A DNA stretch of 64,000 nucleotides from an uncultured Thermoleophilia bacterium. Its GTDB lineage: Bacteria > Actinomycetota > Thermoleophilia > Gaiellales > Gaiellaceae. The position numbers were made by a program, and so were the translations under genes. The stretch covers positions 185,154-249,153 of the forward strand of contig CAVPEK010000002.1 of NCBI GenBank assembly GCA_963703445.1, read 5' to 3'. The notes under the pieces were generated by a model that was given only the letters and a program-made list of their open reading frames with translations, did no database searches and was not told the DNA's origin. Of this stretch, positions 27,219 to 35,476 are shown one piece after another (the first letter of the stretch is position 1; each line of letters begins with the position of its first letter).

Positions 27219-29599
27219 TGGTCGAATGCGCTGAGGAAGTTGTCCCGGAAGGCGCTCATCAACCAAACCGGCGCTGTCGAGCTGGGCAGCATCCCGTCGG
27301 TCCAGCCCCAACCGGAGAGGCGATTGATCACATTCGGATCGTGGGCGATGATCGTGATCGGCACCTCGTGCCCCGGCTGCCCGTCGATCACCCTTGACGG
27401 TTGGTGATCACCGAGCACGATGAGCACGCTGTTGCTGTTGCCGTAGCGCTCGATGAACGAATAGAGAGCGCGCAGGGCGTACTGAATCGACTGGGCGTAC
27501 CCCTGCTGGGTGTCCGTCAGGCCCGCCCGGTCGATCGGTAGGCGATTGAAGATCGCTCCGTTGCCGAGCCGGTCCCAGGAGATGAGCGGCGGAATGCGCG
27601 TCCAGGGCTCGTGGCTGGATGTGAGATCGATCTCGGAGTAGACGGGGCCCCGGTTTCGCTTCGCCAGCTCGAGCTTCTGCAGAGCCTGGAGCGCGTACTG
27701 GTCCGGCATCGGAGAGAAGCCGAACTTCGGACCGTGATACACGAGGTTGTCCCGGTCCAGGATCTTCTCGTAACGGTAGAAGGAGCTCCCCTCCGGCCAG
27801 GAGCCATGGGTCGCCGGCACGTCGGCGACCGTGCTCCACCCGGCGCGCTGGAAAGCGCTGGCAAGCGTGAGACGTTGACTCGCGATCAGCGCCGAGTAAC
27901 GGCTCGGGCTGTCGACCCAGACTCCCGACTGCAGCGTGGCGTGTGCGAGCCAACTGCCGCCGCCGAACGTCGACGAGACGAGCCAGCCGCTGCGTGCTGA
28001 GAACCCTTTCGCCTGGAGCTGTTGCGTGCCGGCGTTGACGACCTCGTCGATGCCCGGCGAGAAGGACGTTCCCTGAACCGCCATCTGCCCGTAGCTCTCC
28101 ACGAACACGAGCAGCACATCCTTGCCGCGCAGTCCCTTCAGTAGCTCGCCGGTGGGCGTGTCGAGGAGCGGATCTCTGCGACCGATCAGCGTCCGGAAGC
28201 GCGCCTGGTCACGGAGGTCGACGCGCACGAGATTGACCTCGCTGACGGCGAGACGCGCCGCGCTGAACGACGCGACTCCGGCGCCGGAGACCTCTGCGCC
28301 GGCCGCCCGACAGAGCACCCAGACGCCGGCGAACGCGACGGCCATCCACAGCGAGAGCCTCCGGTGACCTGACCCGACCCGGATCAGCTGGCCGACAGCC
28401 AGCGAGGGGACGACGAGCGCTGTGAGGCCGAGCATGAGACCTGCGCCGACCGCGAGATCCGCGTCCCGGCTGCCAAACGTCTCGCGCACGGTCCCGACGC
28501 CGATCGAGAGATAGCTCCAATCCTCGACCGGGTTGAACGGCCGGTCGAAGGCGATGAAGAAGCCCAGGTCGAAGAGCTTCAGCAACACGAGGACGCCGAG
28601 CAGCGGCCCGATCACCCAGGGCACGAAGCGGCGGGCTCGGGTTGGCAGGGCAACCGCCAGGCCGACGATGGCAAGTCCTTCGAGCGGCAGTCGAACGAAG
28701 GAGCCGGGCGTGAGGAGCCACGGCCGGACCGGCGACACGAGAGCGGCCCAGACGACCAGCAGGGCGACGAGCGTGAGCGCGGCTGTTACCGCGGGATTGC
28801 GGTTCCGGACTGCGACAGCCCGCGTGGGCGCATCGCCTCGGTGCCGCCACAGCCACCAGACATCACGACCGAACGACTCGATGAGCAGCGCGAGGGCTAC
28901 GGCCAGCAGCATTCGGCTCGCCACCGACGACACAACGCCGGACGCCGCGATCACCAGTGCGATCCCCTGCGAAGCCGTCACCGTCTTGCGCCAGTCGCGC
29001 CGCGGCAGTGGCGCGCGCATCCACGGGAGCACCCATCCCGCCGCGAAAAACGCGTAGCGCGCAAGACCGATCAGGAGCACCCAGGCGCCCGCGGAGGGGG
29101 CGACCTCGATACTGAGCACGAGGATGAGGAACGCGTCGACCTCGCCGTCGAGCTTTGCCCCGAGCGCAGACTCCGTCCCCGTCCGCCGCGCGAGCCGGCC
29201 GTCGACGAAGTCCAGCGCAAGCGCGACTGACGCGAGCGCCACCAGAGTCGCCACCGCCACGTCGCGTTCGAACGAGGCCGCTGTCAGCGCCGCGACGCCC
29301 ACGGCGAGCGTGGCGCGGATCAGCGTCACCCAGCCCGCCGGGCCGAGCCTCGCTGACGGATCGCGCCAAAGTGCACGCGCGAGCGCCAGGTTCACCGTCA
29401 ACCCACTGGCAAGACCAACCAGCCAGCCCGCGCTGCCAAGGCCGACCGTCCGCGCAAGCACATCCAGGAGCAAGAGCGTGCCGAGGAAGCCGGCCACCGG
29501 ACCGAGCTGATTGCCGAGATCGGCCACCGGGCCCCGGCGCGCCCGCAGCGTTGCTCCACGCCCGAGCATCCCGAGGTCACTACGGTGCCTGGCATGCAT
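27215..29599 (-). CDS. Fusion protein: CDP-alcohol phosphatidyltransferase domain, a multi-TM linker, and a sulfatase/alkaline-phosphatase (LtaS-like) domain
   Basis: The likely start is MHARHRS at 29599, or MLGRG at 29569. The upstream 150 aa of the 945-aa ORF are Arg-rich noise that overlaps the divergent gene. The CDP-OH motif is DFVDGRLARRTGTESALGAKLDGEVDAF. The C-terminal domain has DVLLVFVESYG, SSTFGGGSW and LIVLGDHQP (a GDH-type metal site). Confidence 0.75.
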   Translation of the reverse strand: MHARHRSDLGMLGRGATLRARRGPVADLGNQLGPVAGFLGTLLLLDVLARTVGLGSAGWLVGLASGLTVNLALARALWRDPSARLGPAGWVTLIRATLAVGVAALTAASFERDVAVATLVALASVALALDFVDGRLARRTGTESALGAKLDGEVDAFLILVLSIEVAPSAGAWVLLIGLARYAFFAAGWVLPWMRAPLPRRDWRKTVTASQGIALVIAASGVVSSVASRMLLAVALALLIESFGRDVWWLWRHRGDAPTRAVAVRNRNPAVTAALTLVALLVVWAALVSPVRPWLLTPGSFVRLPLEGLAIVGLAVALPTRARRFVPWVIGPLLGVLVLLKLFDLGFFIAFDRPFNPVEDWSYLSIGVGTVRETFGSRDADLAVGAGLMLGLTALVVPSLAVGQLIRVGSGHRRLSLWMAVAFAGVWVLCRAAGAEVSGAGVASFSAARLAVSEVNLVRVDLRDQARFRTLIGRRDPLLDTPTGELLKGLRGKDVLLVFVESYGQMAVQGTSFSPGIDEVVNAGTQQLQAKGFSARSGWLVSSTFGGGSWLAHATLQSGVWVDSPSRYSALIASQRLTLASAFQRAGWSTVADVPATHGSWPEGSSFYRYEKILDRDNLVYHGPKFGFSPMPDQYALQALQKLELAKRNRGPVYSEIDLTSSHEPWTRIPPLISWDRLGNGAIFNRLPIDRAGLTDTQQGYAQSIQYALRALYSFIERYGNSNSVLIVLGDHQPSRVIDGQPGHEVPITIIAHDPNVINRLSGWGWTDGMLPSSTAPVWLMSAFRDNFLSAFDH

Positions 29600-29616
29600 C
29601 GGTTTCTCGAGGAGCC

Positions 29617-30390
29617 ATGAGCGTGGACGAGCGCCGTTCGCTCGTCGAGGCCCTGCGACGAGGCCAGGAGGCGGCTTTCGGACCGGGCGAATATGTCGAG
29701 CAGGAGAGCTTCGTGCGCGCGTCGGAGATCCGGCTGCTCGCGGAGCAGGCCGCCGTCGGTCCCGGTGTCTCCGTCCTCGACGTGTGCTGCGGAGTCGCCG
29801 GACCGGGCCGCTTCCTGACCCGCGAGCTCGGCTGCGAGTACGTCGGCGTCGACTCGAGCGAGGGCGCCATCTCCATTGCGGCGGAGCGCTCACGGGGCCT
29901 GCACTGCCGTTTCGAGGTGGCCCAGGTACCACCGCTTCCGGCGGGCGCGTTCGAGGTGGTGCTCCAGCTCGAGACGATGCTCGCCTTCCGCGACAAGAGG
30001 TCGCTGCTCGAGGGCGTCGGCTGCGTTCTCTCCGCGGGAGGGCGGTTTGCATTCACGCTGGAAGAGGGTGTGCCGCTGACGGAGTCGGAGCGGGCGCGCA
30101 TGCCTGCCGCCGACACCGTCTGGCTCACGACGCTCGACGAGATGCACGCCTTGCTCGCAGACGCCGGCTTCAGGGTTCGCTGGCAAGAGGATTGGAGCGC
30201 GTCGCACGGCGAAGCGGCCGCTGCGCTGGCCGAGGCCTACGCCGCCGACTCGAACGAGATCGCTTCGCTGATCGGACGTCGAGCGCTGGACGATCTCCTG
30301 GCCTCCCACCGACTCTGGACCGAGTGGCTGACGACGGGCCGCGCTCGCAAGTTCGCGCTGGTGGCAGAACGGCGGTCGGCTGACGGGTAA
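29617..30390 (+). CDS. Class I SAM-dependent methyltransferase
   Basis: The ATG at 29617 follows GAGGAG. Motif I is VLDVCCGVAGPG and the post-I segment is YVGVDSSE. The upstream part of track ORF 29155..30390 is Arg/Pro-rich antisense noise. Confidence 0.75.
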   Translation: MSVDERRSLVEALRRGQEAAFGPGEYVEQESFVRASEIRLLAEQAAVGPGVSVLDVCCGVAGPGRFLTRELGCEYVGVDSSEGAISIAAERSRGLHCRFEVAQVPPLPAGAFEVVLQLETMLAFRDKRSLLEGVGCVLSAGGRFAFTLEEGVPLTESERARMPAADTVWLTTLDEMHALLADAGFRVRWQEDWSASHGEAAAALAEAYAADSNEIASLIGRRALDDLLASHRLWTEWLTTGRARKFALVAERRSADG

Positions 30391-30441
30391 CGCTTCGAGG
30401 CTCGCTCCATCCGACCGCCCCGCGATACTCCCGGACATCGG

Positions 30442-30648
30442 ATGCGGCTCCGATACACCCTGCGGCGGTGGGACGGATCTGACGTGGGCACGGTTGAGGT
30501 CTCTCGACCGGCCTGCGCAGGCGACGAAGTACGCACGAGCAAAGGCGACCGGATGCGGGTTCAAGCTGTCGTCCCCCTCGACCAGGCCGAGGAATCCGAC
30601 GACGAGGCGCGGGCCGGCTTCCTCGTCGTCGAACCGCTCGACGATTAG
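30442..30648 (+). CDS. Small hypothetical protein (68 aa)
   Basis: The ORF has a plausible acidic C-terminus, but I recognised no motif and saw no clear RBS. Confidence 0.3.
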   Translation: MRLRYTLRRWDGSDVGTVEVSRPACAGDEVRTSKGDRMRVQAVVPLDQAEESDDEARAGFLVVEPLDD

Positions 30649-30752
30649 TCCGCTTTTTGCGCAAACCTGCGCCCGCGACCCGAGGATCCGAGTAGAAACC
30701 TGGTCTTTCGCCGCCCGAGCGGGGCGATAGGTTCGCAACATCGGCGGAGCGA

Positions 30753-30907
30753 CAGCGGCGGCCAAGGGGAGAGGTTCGGGCCGCCGCTGCCGCCTTCGCC
30801 TGGTCCGCAGACTCTCACATGAGAGCCGGCACAACAAACTCGCCGCCACCCGGCCGGTCCAGGGCAGGCGAGATCCGCTCCTCTCCCCTATGCGAAAGCA
30901 GCGGATC
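30753..30907. ncRNA. Candidate structured RNA with two hairpins whose loops are mutually complementary
   Basis: Hairpin 1 has a perfect 11-bp stem (CAGCGGCGGCC 30753-63 pairing with GGCCGCCGCTG 30779-89). Hairpin 2 has a perfect 8-bp stem (GATCCGCT 30872-79 pairing with AGCGGATC 30900-07). Loop 1 contains AGGGGAGAGG (30765-74), which is perfectly complementary to CCTCTCCCCT (30880-89) in loop 2. The region is about 370 bp of non-coding spacer between convergent genes. Confidence 0.3.
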
Positions 30908-31018
30908 AGTCGCCGCAGACGAGCCGGGCCTCCCCCGCCCACATGCCGCTCGGCCGCAAGGCACTCTCACCCGCGAAGCGGCGATCCGGTATCCCTCGAA
31001 GGGGTGAGTGAGCTGGAC

Positions 31019-32051
31019 CTAGAACGCGGCGGCGGACAGCTCTCCTCCGCCACGCTCCGCAGCCTCGGCCGCTTCGAGCACGTGCAGCGCCAGCGCGCCG
31101 CTCGCGCGGTGCGGGCGACCCGCGCGAAGCGACTCGACGAGCTCGTCGATCCCCAGCCCACGCGTCTCTCGCGCCCCGTGCGACTCGTAGGTGACCTGCT
31201 CGCCGCCGTGCGCGGCCGCTCGCGCAGGATCACGTCGCCCCCGAACGCGTTCGCGTCCGGCAGCACCAGCGACCCGGTCGTGCCGTACACCACGAGCCCG
31301 CTCAGATACTGATCTCGCGCCTCGAAGCTGACGGTCAGCGTCACCAGCCCGCCGCGTTCGAGCTGCAGGACGACGGCCGCGTGGGTCGGAACATCGACGC
31401 GCGATGACCTCGCCCGACCGCGGGCCTGCGCCGAGCATGCGCTCCGGCGTCGGTGTCTCGCGCGAAGCCGGCGACCTTCGTGATCGGGCCGAGCAGCGAA
31501 ACGATCGCCGTCAGGTAGTACGGCGCGATGTCGAGGAGCGGGCCTCCCCCGGCCCGGTAGAACATCTCGGCGTTCGGATGCCAGGTGTCAGGGCCGCCGA
31601 CGAGCATCGTGGCGGCGCCGCCGAGCGGCCGTGCCGATCGCGTCCGCGTCGATCAGGCGCCGGCCCGTCTCGTAGGCGCTGCCGAGGAACGTGTCCGGGG
31701 CGCAGCCGAGGCGAAGGCCGCGACGCTCGGCATCGGCGACGAGCTCCCGGCCCTCGGCACTGGTCGCAGCGAGCGGCTTCTCGGTGTAGACGTGCTTGCC
31801 CGCCTCGAGCGCGGCGCGCACCAGAGGAGCGTGCGCCTTCGGGCGGCGTGAGATTGAGGACGAGCTCGACCTCGGGATCGGCGATCAGCGCGTCGACGGG
31901 CAACGCGCCGCAGGCCGTGCTCCGCCGCGAACGACTCCGGCAGCTCCGTGTCGAGATCGGCGCACGCGACCGGCTGCCACCGTTCGAACGCAACCGAGTC
32001 CTTGACGTAACGCGCTGCGATGATTCCGCAGCCGACGACGCCGACCCGCAT
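31019..32051 (-). pseudogene. Gfo/Idh/MocA-family oxidoreductase, broken by about 6 frameshifts
   Basis: Family-like segments lie in alternating minus frames. In order they are MRVGVVGCGIIAARYVKD..., [43 protein letters not shown]...[98 protein letters not shown] and GEQVTYESHGARETRGLGIDELVESLRAGRPHRASGALALHVLE. Confidence 0.8.
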
Positions 32052-32059
32052 CGGCGCGG

Positions 32060-32808
32060 TCACGCGCTGGTCATTCGACGCACTGCGCGGAGCGAGCGCT
32101 CGACGGCCGTCGAACGGGTCGTCGCCGACCTCGTCCTCCTCGACGACGAGCCATTCCGCGCCGGCGCGCAGGGCGGCGGGCAGCACCCGCTCGTAGCCGA
32201 CGACCCCGTCGCCGACCGGCACATCGTCGCGGCCCTCACGGCTCGCGTAGTCCTTGACGTGGACGAGCGGGCAGCGACCGGCGCGTCCGCTCGAGCTCCG
32301 CGACCGGATCGACGCCGGCCTGCCAGATCCAGCCGAGGTCGAGCTCCAGCCAGAGCAGGTCGGCCGGGCAGCTCGCGCAGGAGATCGAGGAACGTCGCGC
32401 CTCCGTCGAGCGGCCGGAGCTCGCTCCAGTGGTTGTGGAAACCGAGCTTGAGGCCCGCATCGCGGGCCGCGCGCGCCGCCGCGTCGATTCGCTCGCACGA
32501 CGGCTCCGGCTCGTCGAGCGAATCGGGATCGATCCAGCTGACTGGCCAGGCGGTCGGTGCCGAGCGCCGCGAGCTCGGCGGCGAGCGACGTGCAGCTCGT
32601 CCTCGATCGCCTCGAGCCGCGCGTGGCGGCCGACCGCGACGAGACCGGACTCGTCGAGCCACGCGCGCACCGTGCCGGGCTCGTGACCGTGCAGGTCGTA
32701 GAGCTCGACACCGTCGTAGCCCTGCGCGCCGAGGCTGCGCAGAGTCCCTTCGAGGTCGCGATCGCACTCGTCGCGGATCGTGTAGAGCTGCAGGGCGACG
32801 TGAGCCAC
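32060..32808 (-). pseudogene. Sugar phosphate isomerase/epimerase (xylose-isomerase-like TIM barrel), broken by about 5 frameshifts
   Basis: The segments are spread over three minus frames. In order they are MAHVALQLYTIRDECDRDLEGTLRSLGAQGYDGVELYDLHGHEP..., LAAELAALGTDRLAS, WIDPDSLDEPEPSCERIDAAARAARDAGLKLGFHNHWSELRPLDGGATFLDLLRELP, ADLLWLELDLGWIWQAGVDPVAELER, CPLVHVKDYASREGRDDVPVGDGVVGYERVLPAALRAGAEWLVVEEDE and AVERSLRAVRRMTSA-stop. Confidence 0.8.
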
Positions 32809-32851
32809 ACGACGACCCTACAGCGCAACGCCTCCGGCTACTCTGCCCGCC

Positions 32852-33292
32852 GTGCCGTACTACATCTGCCCGCATTGCAAGGAGCGCTCGCTCGACATCG
32901 ACGCACGTGAGGGCTTCTCGGCGCAGGCACCGTCGTGCCGGCATTGCGGCTTCGGTTTTCTCTTCGAGCTCCTCGACGACTACTACCCGGCGCCCGACAC
33001 GGGTCTACTCGTCACCGACCAGGAGCGGCGGGTGCTCGCGATCGGTCGCGGGGTGTTCGAGCTGACAGGGTTCCCCGAGGCCGACCTGATGGGTCGAGAC
33101 GTCGTGGACGCATTGCAGTTCTCCGACCCGAAGCCGATCGAACTGGCACGCGAATGGGGCGTCCGCCGGCTCGGCGAACAGCTCTCGATCCGTACGCGCG
33201 GGGGCAGCGAGAAGCGGATCGTCGCCGACGTCTTCCCGGCCTATGACGACGACGGCGGCCTGCTCGTCGCCTTGACGCCGAAGCGCGGGTAA
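32852..33292 (+). CDS. Zinc-ribbon (CxxC...CxxC) plus PAS-like domain protein
   Basis: The N-terminus is MPYYICPHCKERS...PSCRHCGF. It is followed by a PAS-like segment, VTDQERRVLAIGRGVFELTGFPEADLMGRDVVDAL...GGSEKRIVADVFPAYDDDGGLL. Confidence 0.6.
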   Translation: MPYYICPHCKERSLDIDAREGFSAQAPSCRHCGFGFLFELLDDYYPAPDTGLLVTDQERRVLAIGRGVFELTGFPEADLMGRDVVDALQFSDPKPIELAREWGVRRLGEQLSIRTRGGSEKRIVADVFPAYDDDGGLLVALTPKRG

Positions 33293-33308
33293 TAGCGCGA
33301 TCGAACCC

Positions 33309-33380
33309 GGGAATCTGGTTCGGCTGCGCCGAATCAGGTTCCTCCAACCGAATCTGATTCGCGAACCGAGCCAGGTTCGC
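33309..33380. repeat. Array of GAATCnGnTTC-type palindromic repeats plus a GCGAACC/GGTTCGC hairpin in a convergent spacer
   Basis: GAATCTGGTTC is at 33311-21, GAATCAGGTTC at 33331-41, and GAATCTGATTC (a perfect palindrome) at 33350-60. GCGAACC-gagcca-GGTTCGC follows at 33361-80. The spacing is 19-20 bp. Confidence 0.8.
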
Positions 33381-33385
33381 GAGGT

Positions 33386-34066
33386 TCACGTTCCCAGGCG
33401 GCTCGACGGGCAGAGATCGGGCGCGAGCGGGCAGTCCTCACAGCGCGGCTTGCGCGCGTCGCAGATGCGGCGGCCGTGCCAGATCAGGAGGTGCGGGAAA
33501 CGCGCCCAATCGGCCCTGGGCACGAGCCTGACCAGATCGCGTTCGATCTTCACCGGGTCTTGCTGCCTCGTCAGACCGAGCCGTTGCGACAGGCGGCGGA
33601 CGTGCGTATCGACGACGATGCCCTGCGCCGCGCCCCGTTCTGCCGAGACGACGTTCGCCGTCTTGCGTGCGACCCCGGGCAGCCGGAGCAGCGCGTCGAA
33701 ATCCTCAGGCACCTCGCCGTCGTGCTCCTCCAGCAGCCGCTGCATCGTGCCGCGCAGCGCCTTCGTCTTCTGCCGGTAGAACCCGGTGGCGAAGATGTCG
33801 CGTTCCAGCTCGGCGACCGGCACGGCAAGGTAGTCCTCGGGACGTTTGTACTTCTGGAACAGCTTCTCGGTGACGCGGTTCACGTTCACGTCGGTCGTCT
33901 GCGCGCTCAACATCACCGACACCAGCAGCTCGAGCGGGCTCGAGAACGTCAGGGCGATCTTGGCGTCCGGGTGTTCGACGGCGAGCCGCTCGATGATCGG
34001 CGCGATCCGCTCCTTCTTGGGCGCAACCTTCCTGCGCCTCGCCTCTGCGAGATAGCTCCGCGCCAT
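33386..34066 (-). CDS. nth: Endonuclease III
   Basis: It has an HhH-GPD core (LLRLPGVARKTANVV, VDTHVRR) and a C-terminal 4Fe-4S cluster loop (CDARKPRCEDCPLAPDLC). Confidence 0.92.
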   Translation of the reverse strand: MARSYLAEARRRKVAPKKERIAPIIERLAVEHPDAKIALTFSSPLELLVSVMLSAQTTDVNVNRVTEKLFQKYKRPEDYLAVPVAELERDIFATGFYRQKTKALRGTMQRLLEEHDGEVPEDFDALLRLPGVARKTANVVSAERGAAQGIVVDTHVRRLSQRLGLTRQQDPVKIERDLVRLVPRADWARFPHLLIWHGRRICDARKPRCEDCPLAPDLCPSSRLGT

Positions 34067-34216
34067 CAGCGGAGGACGTTGCCCTGGGCGGTTACAACGA
34101 GTTGCATTTCACCGCATCTAAGCCGAAAGCCGGCGTGTGACCAGCTCTTCCGAGGCGAACCGTAGTCACTGAGTTGAGACTCAAGCGACCGTGGCGTAGT
34201 GCCGATCTCACCAGGC

Positions 34217-34390
34217 ATGACCGAATCGACCACGACCTATCGGCAGTTCAGCGTTGGGCGCGACGAGCTTGGCACTGTCAGGATCGTCAACGACGCAACC
34301 AACCACATCATGGCGGCACTCAGCCGGCGAGAGGCAAAGCAGCTGTCGCGGGAACTGCGGCGAGTGCTCAAGAACCCGTCGAAGTCCTAG
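34217..34390 (+). CDS. Small hypothetical protein (57 aa)
   Basis: The ATG at 34217 starts MTESTTTYRQFSVGRDELGTVRIVNDATNHIMAALSRREAKQLSRELRRVLKNPSKS. The track ORF starts at a GTG at 34199. It lies upstream of the pentapeptide-repeat gene. Confidence 0.4.
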   Translation: MTESTTTYRQFSVGRDELGTVRIVNDATNHIMAALSRREAKQLSRELRRVLKNPSKS

Positions 34391-34457
34391 GGCGATACCC
34401 GCACTTCGCCCCGTTCACCGGGCGCGTCACGAGGTTCTGTTCGACCGGTGTTCTGGA

Positions 34458-35438
34458 ATGACGCCTGATCCTTCCGCGATCATGTGCGAGGTGTCGGATT
34501 TCGAGCTGCAACGTCGTTGGTGGACGCCGGAGGGTCAGGCGCTGGCCGCAGCGTTTGTCTCGAACCTGCAGCGCGGGCGGAAGATGAAAGAGCCGGTCGG
34601 GTTCGGCTTGCACGAGGGGTTCATCGACGCGCGAGGCCTTTCCCTTCGCGGCGCGACCCCGCGTGCCGGAGACGGGCGTCAGGAGGACTTGGTGGTCGAG
34701 GCCCGGGGCGCACGGTTGCAGCATGTCGATCTTTCCGGGGCGGATCTGTCGGGGCTGCGGCTGTTCGATTGCAGCCTCGTCGACCTGCGGCTCGAACGCG
34801 TGCGTCTGCCTGATTTTCGCGTCTGGCGGACACTGTTCGAACGGATCAACTTCGAGGGCGCCGACCTGAGCGGGGCCATCCTCGGCCCTTGGCTGAACGG
34901 AAAGGGCAACAGCTACCGACACGTCGACTTCTCGGGAGCCGATCTGCGCGGCATTCTCTGCCCGGCGGCGACCTTCACCGACTCCGTCTTCGAGGGGACG
35001 CGGCTCGATGGTGTGGACTTCCAGTCGTCCTCGTTCACGCGCTGCCGGTTCGCCGGGGAACTTCGTGACGTGATCTTCTGGGACCGTGGGTTCGAGACGG
35101 GGAAACCCGATCCGAACCCGATGGACGACGTCGACTTCCGCGACGCGACGCTGCCCTGGGTCGAGTTTCGGCATCTCAACCTTGATCGCGTGTGGCTACC
35201 GGACGGCCCTGAACACGTTGTGCTCAAGCCCTACCGTGAAGTCCTCACGTGCGCCGCGAACAAACTCCCCGCCGAAGACCGAGCGGGACACGCGTTGATC
35301 TCGCACCGCCGAAGATGGTGGGGCCCAAAGCAACGAGTCGGGGTCATCCATGAAGAACAACTTGCCGAGTCGGCAGACCCGGCGCGGCTTCGAGAGATTC
35401 TCGAAGACTGCTCGCGGCAGGCTCTCGACCACGACTGA
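34458..35438 (+). CDS. Pentapeptide-repeat protein
   Basis: The ATG at 34458 starts MTPDPSAIM. The protein has repeated A(D/N)LxG-type pentapeptides (HVDLSGADLSGLRLFDCSLVDLRLERVRL, INFEGADLSGA, VDFSGADLRG, VFEGTRLDGVDFQSSSF). Confidence 0.8.
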   Translation: MTPDPSAIMCEVSDFELQRRWWTPEGQALAAAFVSNLQRGRKMKEPVGFGLHEGFIDARGLSLRGATPRAGDGRQEDLVVEARGARLQHVDLSGADLSGLRLFDCSLVDLRLERVRLPDFRVWRTLFERINFEGADLSGAILGPWLNGKGNSYRHVDFSGADLRGILCPAATFTDSVFEGTRLDGVDFQSSSFTRCRFAGELRDVIFWDRGFETGKPDPNPMDDVDFRDATLPWVEFRHLNLDRVWLPDGPEHVVLKPYREVLTCAANKLPAEDRAGHALISHRRRWWGPKQRVGVIHEEQLAESADPARLREILEDCSRQALDHD

Positions 35439-35476
35439 CGTTCAGTTGAGTCGGCGTTCGGCGGTGCCGCTGTTAC

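Noticed and set aside
29600-30052. N-terminal extension of the CDP-alcohol transferase fusion ORF
   Set aside because: It consists of Arg/Pro/Ser-rich sequence that overlaps the divergent methyltransferase gene. The internal ATG at 29599 precedes the first TM segment.
30721-31018. Possibility that the structured spacer is tmRNA or RNase P RNA (it starts GGGGCGATAGGTTCG, which resembles a tmRNA 5' end)
   Set aside because: On either strand I found no tRNA-like 3' end (GGTTCGA..TCC...CCACCA), no tag reading frame ending in Ala-Ala-stop, and no RNase P conserved blocks (GGAAAGTCCGGGC, ACAGAACCCGGCTTA).
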